A stretch of DNA of 64,000 bases from a virus (Duplodnaviria; Caudoviricetes): IMG/VR virus record IMGVR_UViG_2833436851_000001, positions 21,726 to 85,725 of that record; one strand, given 5' to 3'. A program made the translations under genes and the position numbers. Position 1 is the stretch's first letter; each line of letters begins with the position of its first letter. Positions 1 to 10,000 of this stretch are shown in pieces. A model generated the notes under the pieces. The model saw nothing but the letters and a program-made list of their open reading frames with translations, was not told the DNA's origin and ran no database searches.

Positions 1-411
1 AATGGCTTTCTCTTCGATGAACAGATGGAACGGCCGGGGATTTTCATCGTCGCTATCCGTCGTGACCTGCTCACCCTCGTACCACACCGTAAACGGCCGG
101 CCGACCGTCGCACCCTCGTGGTAGAGGTCCACGCCGAGCGGTGTGCTGTCGGTGATGTAAATGGCGTCAGAGGCGTCGCGGAAGTAGCGACGGAACCGGT
201 AGTTCAGCCACCACTCGAACCACATCACCTGCGAGGTCATGCGCGCCTCGATCTGCCGCTCCCGTGCCCATGCGCAAAAACGGTCATTCAGGCTTTGCAG
301 CGGCCACACGAGGCTCTGCAACAGCAGGATGTAACGCCGTCCCGACAGATAATGCGGGGTCAGGCAGTTGATGAGCCTGTCGGTTGGCAATCGGTATCTG
401 TTATTGTCCAT
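1..411 (-). CDS. Baseplate wedge-like protein, partial (runs off window start)
   Basis: Not in ORF track. ATG at 411 overlaps the upstream stop; open to position 1: MDNNRYRLPTDRLINCLTPHYL...RMTSQVMWFEWWLNYRF; follows the baseplate J-like gene. Confidence 0.6.
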   Translation of the reverse strand, partial: MDNNRYRLPTDRLINCLTPHYLSGRRYILLLQSLVWPLQSLNDRFCAWARERQIEARMTSQVMWFEWWLNYRFRRYFRDASDAIYITDSTPLGVDLYHEGATVGRPFTVWYEGEQVTTDSDDENPRPFHLFIEEKAI

Positions 412-1288
412 CGACGCTGAGTTTTAGGGCTTGTCGGAAATTGGGTATCTGCTCTTCGTCGCCCTTCCCGGAGGACTGGCGCAGGTATCCCGAGGCGGTA
501 TGCCGCATCCGGACGATTCGTTCCATCGGCATTAAAATACCTTCGCTGTTGTGGCAGGCTAAAAAGACACCCTGCCGGGGCGTGGCCTCTTCGTCGATCC
601 ACACGTCGGTCACATGCTCGGCCGAGCGGATGGCTTCCATGACCTTGGAGACATAGACGATGGCATTGAACTCGATGTTCATCATGTACTCCTTCAGCTT
701 CTCTTCGATGTTGTCGAACACCTCCGCCTCGGAGATGGCACCGTCCCAGAAGACGGAGAGCCGGGGTACCAGTAGGTCGCCAGGCAGGGAGGTAACCTCG
801 ACGCGGGTGCCGGCGAACTTGATTTTGGCGAGATAGGCGCGAATCTGCACCAGTTCCTCCTCATCTACGGCGGACAGGTTGCCCTTGTCCCCTGTGGCGA
901 CTTTCAAGACCAGTTTGCTGTCGAGGTTCACGTCGTCGCTGCTTTCGTCATACGACACTTGCGTGATGATACGCTTGCTTTCGTCCACGGAGGCGTACCC
1001 GAAAGCCAGACCGTCTTCGCGGACGGTCAGTTCGTCGCCTTTCTGGTACTGGAGCAAGGCACGGGCGTAGTAGTCCGGAGTACCGTTGATACGTCGGTTG
1101 ATGGTTTCGGAGATGTCGTAGGCGAAGACATCGAGCAGGGTCTCGAAGCTGTGGATGACGGCAGCGACCGTCCATGTGATACCGTTCAGGATGGAGAGCT
1201 TCGAGTCGCTGGAAAACTCGTTCAGCTCCATGCGCTTGTTGCGTTCCCGGACGGCTTCATCGTATATTTCTTTCAGGGTTCGGCTCAT
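401..1288 (-). CDS. Baseplate J-like wedge protein
   Basis: Likely start MSRTLKEIY at 1288; C-terminal YLAKIKFAGTRVEV segment and position in the baseplate cluster. Confidence 0.6.
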   Translation of the reverse strand: MSRTLKEIYDEAVRERNKRMELNEFSSDSKLSILNGITWTVAAVIHSFETLLDVFAYDISETINRRINGTPDYYARALLQYQKGDELTVREDGLAFGYASVDESKRIITQVSYDESSDDVNLDSKLVLKVATGDKGNLSAVDEEELVQIRAYLAKIKFAGTRVEVTSLPGDLLVPRLSVFWDGAISEAEVFDNIEEKLKEYMMNIEFNAIVYVSKVMEAIRSAEHVTDVWIDEEATPRQGVFLACHNSEGILMPMERIVRMRHTASGYLRQSSGKGDEEQIPNFRQALKLSVDGQ

Positions 1289-1292
1289 GGGT

Positions 1293-2234
1293 TCAAGGTT
1301 GATTGGGGATGTAACGATAGCATTTTTCAGGGGTACGGATGACCCAGGCGCCGCCTTCGTTCCAGCTCTCCTCGTGGGTGAGCAACCAAACGGCTTCCAG
1401 ACCGGTGGCGGGGACACATGCACCGACCGCATCCCGCACGGGTTCCGCGTATGTGCCGGAGGGAACGACAGGCAGTGTGAGGTCGCAGCTGCGGCGGCCG
1501 TAATGATGGGTGACCAACCGGATCAGGTATTCATCGACGGCAGCACGGCTTATGTCGGCATCCGTCAGATCGAGTGTCATCAACTGCCGGCACTCCGCCA
1601 ACGGTAGCAATGTTCCGCAGCTTAGGCGGCTGAGGTCCATCCGGAAGACACCGTCTAACAGAGGTACGAAGTCCAACGGGTATGAACCGCCGCAAAGCGA
1701 GAACCGTTCGCAGCGAAGCGGCTCGGACAGACGGATGCGACGGGCACTACACGCGCTCAAATCGAGGCTCTGAAAGGTGAAGTCCCCGTAAAGGCGTACC
1801 TGCCGGGGTGTGACGACCGTGTTGTCGAAACGGTGCTCGATAAGCCGCACGGAGGAACTCAACACTACGGGTTCCAACGCGGAGTTGTCGCCCCAGTCGA
1901 TTTCGGCGGTACCGCTGCCGGAAAGGGAGAAAGCCGTAGCGATTTGTGCGGCTTCCAGCGTGAACCACAGACGGCGGTTGCCAGACGGATACTTGGGATA
2001 AACGTTACGTTCTCCGCCGGCCGGTACGATTTGTTCCCGACGGTATCGGGCGACCACATCCGCGTTGATGACGAAATCGTCCGTGTAAAAGAGCTCGTCC
2101 CCGCTGTGGAGCGTATCGGCCAGAGAGAGTGCGGGATTGCAGATCAGCAGGTCCACGATGCCCTCGATGGAACCGGTCAGGTGCAGGGCTACATCATACA
2201 GGTTCTGACCTTCGGTGACGGTATATTTACCCAT
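1293..2234 (-). CDS. Baseplate protein with N-terminal LysM/tail-X-like domain
   Basis: N-terminus YTVTEGQNLYDVALHLTGSIEGIVDLLICNP is LysM-like; later IDWGD and LRR-like LDLS motifs. Confidence 0.6.
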   Translation of the reverse strand: MGKYTVTEGQNLYDVALHLTGSIEGIVDLLICNPALSLADTLHSGDELFYTDDFVINADVVARYRREQIVPAGGERNVYPKYPSGNRRLWFTLEAAQIATAFSLSGSGTAEIDWGDNSALEPVVLSSSVRLIEHRFDNTVVTPRQVRLYGDFTFQSLDLSACSARRIRLSEPLRCERFSLCGGSYPLDFVPLLDGVFRMDLSRLSCGTLLPLAECRQLMTLDLTDADISRAAVDEYLIRLVTHHYGRRSCDLTLPVVPSGTYAEPVRDAVGACVPATGLEAVWLLTHEESWNEGGAWVIRTPEKCYRYIPNQP

Positions 2235-2916
2235 TCTGTTCCTCCTTTTCTTCGGTTTCTAATAAGAGTTCTCCGGTAACGGAATCCATGTAGGCGTTGA
2301 TGATAACCATGTTGTCGCCCTTGAACTCGGCTTGCAGTCTGGCAGCGAGGTTGTTGTTCTCGAAGTTGCCGTGCAGGAAGTCGATCAGCCCGACTCCGGT
2401 GGTGGGATACTGGTACAGGTTTCCCGGAAAGGCTTTCAGCAGGAACACCTCGTTCTGGTATTTGGCGGCACCGATTTCCAGATCGGTGTCGTCACCGGAA
2501 TAGAGAAGCAGGCAGCCGTCCCGAAGGACAAGGTGGTAACGGCCCTCTTCATTGATGGTCTCGTATTCGGAGAGCCGTATGACCTGCGTCGCACCCTCGC
2601 TGTCCTGCAAATACACGGGAAACCAGGTGGTGTTGTTCGTGGAGTTGACGACATATTCGGGATGTCCCGTCCCGGTGTCCAAACGCAGGCGCACGAGCAG
2701 CTCCTTGTAGAGTGGCGTGTAAGGGATTTGGACGTAGAAACCCTGTTCGCCACGGCGACGCACGGTGAAGTCCGCCGGGACGGTAATCTCCCCGCGAACC
2801 CGTTTTTCGTCCTGCTCTCCCGACAGACGAAACGGGTAGAACACCTTGCCGGCCAGACCGGTCGAGGTGTTTACCTCACCCAAAGAGGGATTCATCGTGA
2901 TGTCCATGCGTGCCAT
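2227..2916 (-). CDS. Putative baseplate protein (gp25-like C-terminus)
   Basis: Start MARMDIT at 2916; C-terminal PGNLYQYPTTGVG motif and context. Confidence 0.45.
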   Translation of the reverse strand: MARMDITMNPSLGEVNTSTGLAGKVFYPFRLSGEQDEKRVRGEITVPADFTVRRRGEQGFYVQIPYTPLYKELLVRLRLDTGTGHPEYVVNSTNNTTWFPVYLQDSEGATQVIRLSEYETINEEGRYHLVLRDGCLLLYSGDDTDLEIGAAKYQNEVFLLKAFPGNLYQYPTTGVGLIDFLHGNFENNNLAARLQAEFKGDNMVIINAYMDSVTGELLLETEEKEEQNG

Positions 2917-3087
2917 AAACAAGTATTGAAAAGCCCCGGACACAGGTGCGCCGGTACTGCGTGTTACTGATAAAGATTAGCGACAAAAAAATAGAATGGT
3001 TTATAGATTTGCTGTGAAGTGGATTTATTATCAATTATAAGCTGAATAGTTGATTATTCTATTTCCGTTAATTATTAAGCCTTTATA

Positions 3088-3119
3088 TTTGTTCGCATTA
3101 AGTCAAATTGTTAAATTTG
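3088..3119 (+). promoter_or_regulatory. Bacteroidetes housekeeping-sigma promoter for the SIR2-pAgo gene
   Basis: TTTG (3088-3091), 20 nt spacer, TAAATTTG (3112-3119) match the -33/-7 consensus. Confidence 0.65.
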
Positions 3120-3180
3120 CAACAGCATTTATGTTTTTATAGAAAGGATGCTGTAAGTTGAGATAAAGATTCAGTAAAAT

Positions 3181-6100
3181 ATGGACCAGCACAATTTATA
3201 TTTGGATTTTGATGCTTTTATTCGTTCGTTTGTCCAGAACCGAGATACATCTTTTGCATTTCTATTAGGTGCTGGTGCATCTATTACTTCAGGAATGCCT
3301 TCTGCTAACGATTGTATATGGGATTGGAAGAAACTTATTTATTGTTCTTCCCAGTCTTCAACTCCTTCATTTATTGATCCTAAATCAGATACATGTAAAA
3401 ACATCATTCAGAAATGGCTTGATAATCAAGGTAAATATCCACCTGTTGGGGATGCTCATGAATATTCCTTTTATGCGGAAAAAGCATTGCCCATTGAGGG
3501 GGATAGAGTAAAATATTTTGAGCATTTAGCTCAAGGAAAGCAACCCTATATTGGGTATAAACTTTTATGTCTTCTGAACAAATACGGCATTGTCAAATCT
3601 GTATGGTCAACTAATTTCGATGGCTTGGTTGAACGTGCGGCTCAACAAGCCAACATAACGCCTATCTGTATAAACCTGGATTGTACTGATCGAATATATC
3701 GGACTGAAAGTAACAATGAATTACTATATATAGCTTTACATGGGGACTATAAATACACATCGTTAAAAAATACTTCCAAAGAGTTGGATAATCAACACCC
3801 GACTTTTGTGGCAGCATTGAAACGATATTTTAGCGATAAGAATCTCATAGTAATCGGTTATAGCGGTCGTGATAAATCGCTAATGTCGGCATTAACGGAA
3901 GCATTTTCAGAAAGAGGTTCTGGACGCATATATTGGTGTGGTTATGGTTCTGATATACCACCAGAAGTGGAAACCCTATTAAAAGCTGCAAAAAATGCAA
4001 AGCGGGAAGCGTTTTATATTGATACTGACGGTTTTGATAAAACGATGCTTTCGCTGGTTATGAATAGTTTCCATTCAGACGTAGAAAAACAAAAAGAAAT
4101 TATGTCTATATTGGAGAGCGTCCCTGAAGACGACAATACATCTCCATTTTCTATTCATATCACGAAGACGGACAAATACTTGAAAAGTAATTTGTATCCC
4201 ATAATCTTTCCTAAGGAACTATTTCAATTTGAGATTGAATATAAAGAAGATGAAAGACCTTGGGCTCTTTTAAGGGAGCTAACTAAAGACCAAAGTATTA
4301 TAGCTGTTCCATACAAGCAAAAGGTATATGCTTTATCTACCGGTTCTGCCATTAACAATGTATTCGGATCCCGACTCAAAAGTGATATTGAACGGATTCC
4401 TGTTTCAATAGACGATATAGAGCAAAAAAGCAGTTATAGGGAACTGTTTTTAAGAGCAATACTACAAAGTATATCGACAATTCGGGGTCTCAACGTTGAT
4501 GTTAGGCATAATACACTTTGGCGACCTGATATTTTCAGGAACGATAATGGCATATTGATTCATGAAGCAATAGAATGCTCACTTATTTTTGTGCCACAAC
4601 AAAAATACGCCCTGCTTTCCTTGCGACCAACAATATATATAGAAAACCCACGCACGGTTTCAAAAGAGAAAAAGCAGGAGTATGCACGGATATATCTGGA
4701 TAAAATGTGGAACCAGGCATATAGCAATAAACTTATCCAATGGGAGAATATTGTATTTGGCAATGCACGCCTTATTTTTGAGTTCCCTCAAAATTCTGGC
4801 AGTGGATTTAAATTCCAAATAAGCAACAATAGCGGATTTTCCGAAATACAATATCAGGACAACAACGAACGAGGATATTTTTCAAGATCGTATGATAATA
4901 GAAGAACGATTTACCGGGGACTTCAACTCAAAGAACCTGAATTAGAATTCGTAAATACATTTGCAGACAGACCTTTTTTAGATTCAAATCCTATGAGAGG
5001 ATTATCTAATCATAAGCCTTATGATTCTTGGCAAAAAGATGTTTTGCCTCAAAATGTAAGACTGGGTGTGATCTGCCCTCATGCTCACACGGATAGATTC
5101 AACTCTTTTTTACAACGCTTAAACACAACCGTACAGGCAAACGATAATTCGGATTACATTCAGCCATATACAGGATTTCACAGTATATATAAAACATTAC
5201 TGGAGATTCCTGACCGCAATACAGATAAGTGGATAAAAACAGAAGATACGCCGAGAGATACGATAAGCCTTGCACAATCAATATGTCACCAAGCCGGTAG
5301 TTTAGCAGATAAATATCCGGGAATTGTGGTTGTAATTTACATACCTACATCTTGGAGTATTCACAAACAATTCAAGCATAACAGCGAATCGTTTGATTTA
5401 CACAATTATATAAAGGCTTATGCAGCTCAGCACAGTTTTACAACTCAAATTATAGAAGAAAAGACTCTGAGTGATCCAATGGTGTGCGAAATCTGTTGGT
5501 GGTTGTCGTTAGCTTTATTTGTTAAGGCAATGCGTATCCCTTGGGCATTAGCCAGTCTTGATTCAGATACGGCGTATGCAGGCATTGGTTATAGCGTCAA
5601 AACGAATAGTAAAGGAAAAGTGGACATCGTTTTGGGTTGTAGCCACATATACAACGCTAAAGGTCAAGGGTTAAGATACAAATTATCAAAAGTTGAGCAA
5701 CCTCAATTTGATGGGAAAAAGAATCCTTACTTAACTTATGAGGAAGCATTCAAATTTGGAATTACCATACGAGAATTGTTCGTTAAATCTATGGATAAAT
5801 TACCTCGCAGGGTTGTCATTCACAAACGAACACCATTTAGAAATGAAGAAATTGAAGGCATTACTCATGCGCTAAGTCAAGCGGGAATTAAAGACATCGA
5901 CTTGATAACCATCAATTATGAATACAATGCTAAATTTATAGCACAAAGAGTTTATAACAACAATATTTCTGACGATTCATATCCGGTATCGCGTGGAACT
6001 TGCATAAAACTGTCATCAAGAAATGCTTTACTATGGACACATGGTGTTGTTCCATCAATTCGGGGTGGACGGCGCTACTATCCCGGTGGCAGGTGTATTC

Positions 6101-6312
6101 CAGCTCCTCTAAAAATAACTAAGTATTATGGTAAAGGAGATCTATCTACTATTGCTTCTGAAATTATTGGATTTACGAAGATGAACTGGAACTCATTCAA
6201 TTTATATACGAAATTGCCAGCAACAATTGACACTTCTAATACATTGGCACAAGTAGGTAATTTACTGCATCAATATAATGGAGCAACATACGATTATCGA
6301 TATTTTATTTAG
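3181..6312 (+). CDS. SIR2-APAZ-Argonaute fusion (SPARSA-type defence protein)
   Basis: SIR2 motifs LLGAGASITSG, STNFDGLVE, ALHGD, IGYSGRD; C-terminal MID-PIWI (GIGYS, VVIHKRTPF, FTKMNWNS, PATI, YDYRYFI) lacking catalytic aspartates; AT-rich. Confidence 0.88.
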   Translation: MDQHNLYLDFDAFIRSFVQNRDTSFAFLLGAGASITSGMPSANDCIWDWKKLIYCSSQSSTPSFIDPKSDTCKNIIQKWLDNQGKYPPVGDAHEYSFYAEKALPIEGDRVKYFEHLAQGKQPYIGYKLLCLLNKYGIVKSVWSTNFDGLVERAAQQANITPICINLDCTDRIYRTESNNELLYIALHGDYKYTSLKNTSKELDNQHPTFVAALKRYFSDKNLIVIGYSGRDKSLMSALTEAFSERGSGRIYWCGYGSDIPPEVETLLKAAKNAKREAFYIDTDGFDKTMLSLVMNSFHSDVEKQKEIMSILESVPEDDNTSPFSIHITKTDKYLKSNLYPIIFPKELFQFEIEYKEDERPWALLRELTKDQSIIAVPYKQKVYALSTGSAINNVFGSRLKSDIERIPVSIDDIEQKSSYRELFLRAILQSISTIRGLNVDVRHNTLWRPDIFRNDNGILIHEAIECSLIFVPQQKYALLSLRPTIYIENPRTVSKEKKQEYARIYLDKMWNQAYSNKLIQWENIVFGNARLIFEFPQNSGSGFKFQISNNSGFSEIQYQDNNERGYFSRSYDNRRTIYRGLQLKEPELEFVNTFADRPFLDSNPMRGLSNHKPYDSWQKDVLPQNVRLGVICPHAHTDRFNSFLQRLNTTVQANDNSDYIQPYTGFHSIYKTLLEIPDRNTDKWIKTEDTPRDTISLAQSICHQAGSLADKYPGIVVVIYIPTSWSIHKQFKHNSESFDLHNYIKAYAAQHSFTTQIIEEKTLSDPMVCEICWWLSLALFVKAMRIPWALASLDSDTAYAGIGYSVKTNSKGKVDIVLGCSHIYNAKGQGLRYKLSKVEQPQFDGKKNPYLTYEEAFKFGITIRELFVKSMDKLPRRVVIHKRTPFRNEEIEGITHALSQAGIKDIDLITINYEYNAKFIAQRVYNNNISDDSYPVSRGTCIKLSSRNALLWTHGVVPSIRGGRRYYPGGRCIPAPLKITKYYGKGDLSTIASEIIGFTKMNWNSFNLYTKLPATIDTSNTLAQVGNLLHQYNGATYDYRYFI

Positions 6313-6320
6313 TTCTATAA

Positions 6321-6351
6321 AACATTAGTCTGGCAATGCCAGACTAATGTT
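6321..6351. terminator. Perfect inverted repeat between convergent genes (likely bidirectional terminator)
   Basis: AACATTAGTCTGGCA-A-TGCCAGACTAATGTT. Confidence 0.7.
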
Positions 6352-6380
6352 AATACGGAAATTTGTGCTGCAAATTCATA

Positions 6381-6695
6381 CTATTTCCCGTCATAAATTT
6401 TCTCCACGACCATCCACATGTCGTCCGGCAGCTTCTCGTCCGAGATTTTCTCGCACGCCTGTTTCAGGTAGGCCAGTTCGTCGGCAGTGAAAGCGATGGA
6501 CTGCGGCGTGTCTTTCTCGATGTCCCACTCGATGCGACCGTTCTCCTCATTCTCGTGCAGACCGACCGCTTCGCGCTCCTTGGCGGAGATTTCGATTTTG
6601 CGGAGAATCTCTTTCTTGGTGTTGAACTCCTTGAATGTGCCGTCTTTGGGCAGGATAACCGGAATGTAGAGCCGGTCCTTGATGTTTAATTCCAT
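6381..6695 (-). CDS. Hypothetical phage protein downstream of tail fibre
   Basis: 104 aa ORF in the late-gene orientation. Confidence 0.7.
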   Translation of the reverse strand: MELNIKDRLYIPVILPKDGTFKEFNTKKEILRKIEISAKEREAVGLHENEENGRIEWDIEKDTPQSIAFTADELAYLKQACEKISDEKLPDDMWMVVEKIYDGK

Positions 6696-6718
6696 ATTGC
6701 TGATAATTGGTTTTCGTG

Positions 6719-7021
6719 TTATTCGGTTGCTGTCTCGGCGGTAACGGCGGACTGGATCAGAGCCATAAAGTTCTCGAAGTCGGCCATCATGCCGGCAATG
6801 GACACTTCTTTGGGCAGAGAACAGAAGATTTGTCCGTTTTCGTAAGTAACGGTGCCGATAAAGACCGGAGGCGTGTCGCTGTCGGGGCGGCTTTCCGGGG
6901 TGTAAACAGTCGCCACCACCCGCTCCAATGCGTTGTCGGTGATGGTGAAGTCCAGATTGTAGAAGGCGCGGTCCGTGCGTTCCTGCGCCGTCTTTGTCGT
7001 CGTGATACGGATGATGTTCAT
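6719..7021 (-). CDS. Hypothetical phage protein
   Basis: Likely start MNIIRIT at 7021, preceded by the CTATTCTT motif. Confidence 0.65.
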   Translation of the reverse strand: MNIIRITTTKTAQERTDRAFYNLDFTITDNALERVVATVYTPESRPDSDTPPVFIGTVTYENGQIFCSLPKEVSIAGMMADFENFMALIQSAVTAETATE

Positions 7022-7086
7022 ATAGCAGGTTTTATGAAAGAATAGCATATTAAGGAACGGAACAGGTGACAATGCTCCAAAAAAGA

Positions 7087-10000
7087 TCACAAATCCCAGT
7101 CCGCCGTACTGATTACCTGAAAATTGAACGAGCCGTCATTCCGGGAAGCATCGTCCTGCGTGTAGATGTCGAAATAGTAGGAATAGATCGCTTTTACTGT
7201 CGGGTAAATCGGGGTGTTTTCCGCCGTGGAATAGATTCCGGTAGCCATGACGAGGTAACGGCTCGACAATCCCCACGAAGAGGGAAGATAGACGCGGTAC
7301 ATGCCTTTTCCCAATCGGCTGACGGATACGGATTTTGAACCGTCGAAACAGAAATAGCGGATAGATGCGCTGGAAGTTGTTCCGGTAACAATGCCTGTAA
7401 CAAGAATTTGCTGAAACTTTCCGTATCGGCTGGTTGTCATCAGGTCCCGGCGGTTGAGTATAATCCATCCGAAAAAGGTCTTGTCGTCCCCGTAACCGAT
7501 CATCTCGATGACCTCTCGGGAAAATTTGAGCGTCGTTTTCGAGATGCCATCTTCGTAGAAATATTTCCCGCTCGGAGCCGTGATGCTCATCACTCCCGTG
7601 GAGACGGTCGAGCCCCATTTATAATTGACCAGACAAATCCGGCGGCCGGAGTTTTCCAGTGTCCATTGCAGGTTGATGTTTTCGTTCCAGCCTCCGGATT
7701 GCGTACACACCACGTTGTCGTAATGCACGGGGTCGGTCTGTACATCACTGGTCGTGCCGCCGCCTACGACAATCCAGATGGAAGGGTCGTTCTGGACGAA
7801 GGCACTGCGGATGGTCCCCTGTATGGTCACGTCCTTGAATTTACCTCCTTGGGCGATGATGTTGCCGGCGGCATCCCACTTGAATTTGCCGTTGGCCACC
7901 TGTCCCGAGCCATCCGTGTTGAAAAGGCTGCGTCCGGAGCCGAACGAGGCGGAACCGTCGTTGTTGAGTTTCCACCGCGTACCGTTGGTGATGGAGCCGT
8001 CGGCGCCCAACGAGACGTTGTTTTTCCAGATGCGGCTGTTGTCGAAAGCCCAGCCGGCAATGCGGTTATAAATCTCCTTGGCTCCCGATTTTGTGTAGTT
8101 GGCCGACAGACAGAAGTATTCCACGTTGTCCCAGGTCATCATCTGGATGCCGAGAAAGCCCGTCTTGACCGTACTGCCCGAAGCGGCGATCTGTCCGAAG
8201 ACCACATGCCCGGCATTGCTGCTCTGACGCCATGTCATTACGATGCCCAAGGGTTTATAGGCACCGCTGTACCAATAGCCCGAGCCACTGGCCGCCGAGC
8301 GAATCTGAATCGGCATGGCACCGACAGCACCCACACTGCCGGCCGTGATGTTGTCCGCCCCGATGGTCCAGCCGCCAATCTTGCCCCGCACGAATGTACA
8401 GGTCAAACCGTTGATATAGTCCGTGTTGATGATATTGGCTTTGATGCTGGTCGCGTCGAGTTTGGAAGAGTTGATACTCCCCGCAGCAATACGGTCGGCA
8501 CTGAGCGTCCCCGTCCGGATACTGCCTGCGTCGATGGCGATGGCATTGACCTGCGTCGCAGTCAGTGTACCGGTATAGATACCGTTGGCATCGATGGTTG
8601 TGGTGTACCGTTCCGATGAAGTGACATCGAACACGGTCGCGTATGCCACCTGCCATGTAACCGGTGCTTCGGCTGTAGCGGCCGCACCACCTGTCAGATA
8701 AAAAAAGTTGGTCGAGGAAAAGGATGCAGTGCCGCAGACTACTTTATAGATATACTCGCACCAGTCTCCCGTACCGGCTGTCGGAGTCAGCCATTTGCTG
8801 GAGCCGCCCGTACCGATGTTATTTGTCGCCCAGGCAATTTTTCGCCCGGCCGGAATTTTGGCTATGATACGGACAATGAATATCTTTTTATATCCGGTTT
8901 GGGTATAGAACGTGAAGCCTCCGAATCCGGGAGAGGCACTTCCGGTAGTTTTAATCTCCAATACATAACCGCTGTCATTGGGAGCCGATGCGCCGGTTCG
9001 GGTTATGGTCACCGTACCGTTACCTGCATTGTTATAGACATTGGCGCTATTATTGCCGTTACGGAAAGTCGGATCACGGTAGAGCATTTTACCGAATGCC
9101 ATCGCCCGTGCCAGTTCTTTGGCAGCATCGGACTTGCTGGTGGCATCTGCTGCCGCTGCATTGACGGCTTCCGTTTTCTTGGTATCAGCATACGTTTTGG
9201 CGGACGCCAATGCCGAATTGGCCGCATTGGTCCAGTTCAGCGATACCGCCGCCGAAAAGGTTACCGCACCGGCTGCATTCCATGAGATATTCCCCGACGC
9301 GATGCTGCCGGAACCGTCGTTGTTGAGTTTCCACTTGCTGCCGTTCGTGATGGAGCCGTCCGCACCCAATGCGATGCTGTTTTTGTAGATACGGTTCGCA
9401 TCGATGTTCCACCCGGCAATCTGGTTGGCCGAGCCGAAACGGGCAAGACAAGTGCCGGCGGCATCCGTGGCATAGAAACCGAAATCCGTATCGGAATTGT
9501 AGTAAAGCTGCACCCGCTTGCCGCTTGTCGCTCCAGAGCTTGCCCCGTACACGACCACCCGTTTGTTGCCGCTGTCCAACAGGATGTGGCTGTTGGATAA
9601 CGTGGTTGCACCGATGGTCCAGCCGCCGATGGTGCCCCGAACGAAAGCACACGTCAGACCGTTGATGTAAGCCGCATTGATGATGTTCGACCGGATTTCC
9701 GCAGCATTCAGACGGGCGGTAGCGATGGTGCCTGCCGTAATCTGCGAGGCGTTGATGTTGATGGCGCTGACGGTGTTGGCGGATAGTTTCCCCGTGAATA
9801 TGCCGTTTGCATCGATGTAGGTCAGCTTGTTCGACCAGCCTTCCGTATTGGCTTTCGAGGTGATAGCATCCGCCACGGCACGGGCATCTGTACCGGCTTT
9901 CTTGGCATCGGCAATGGAGGCGTTCAGCGTAGTGGTCAATGCAGAGATTTTACTGTCCGCATCTTTGCCTGCCTGCGTGATGGCTTCGTTTTTTTTCGTG

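Noticed and set aside
7408-8619. Long antisense ORFs (also 29293-30297, 35556-36755, 50460-51590)
   Set aside because: Shadow frames of GC-rich genes on the opposite strand, with no motifs
7952-9369. DGR template/variable repeat pair in the tail fibre
   Set aside because: Both copies are coding within one gene, mismatches are not adenine-specific, and the RT lacks DGR motifs; I saw no copy of the array hairpins elsewhere in the window
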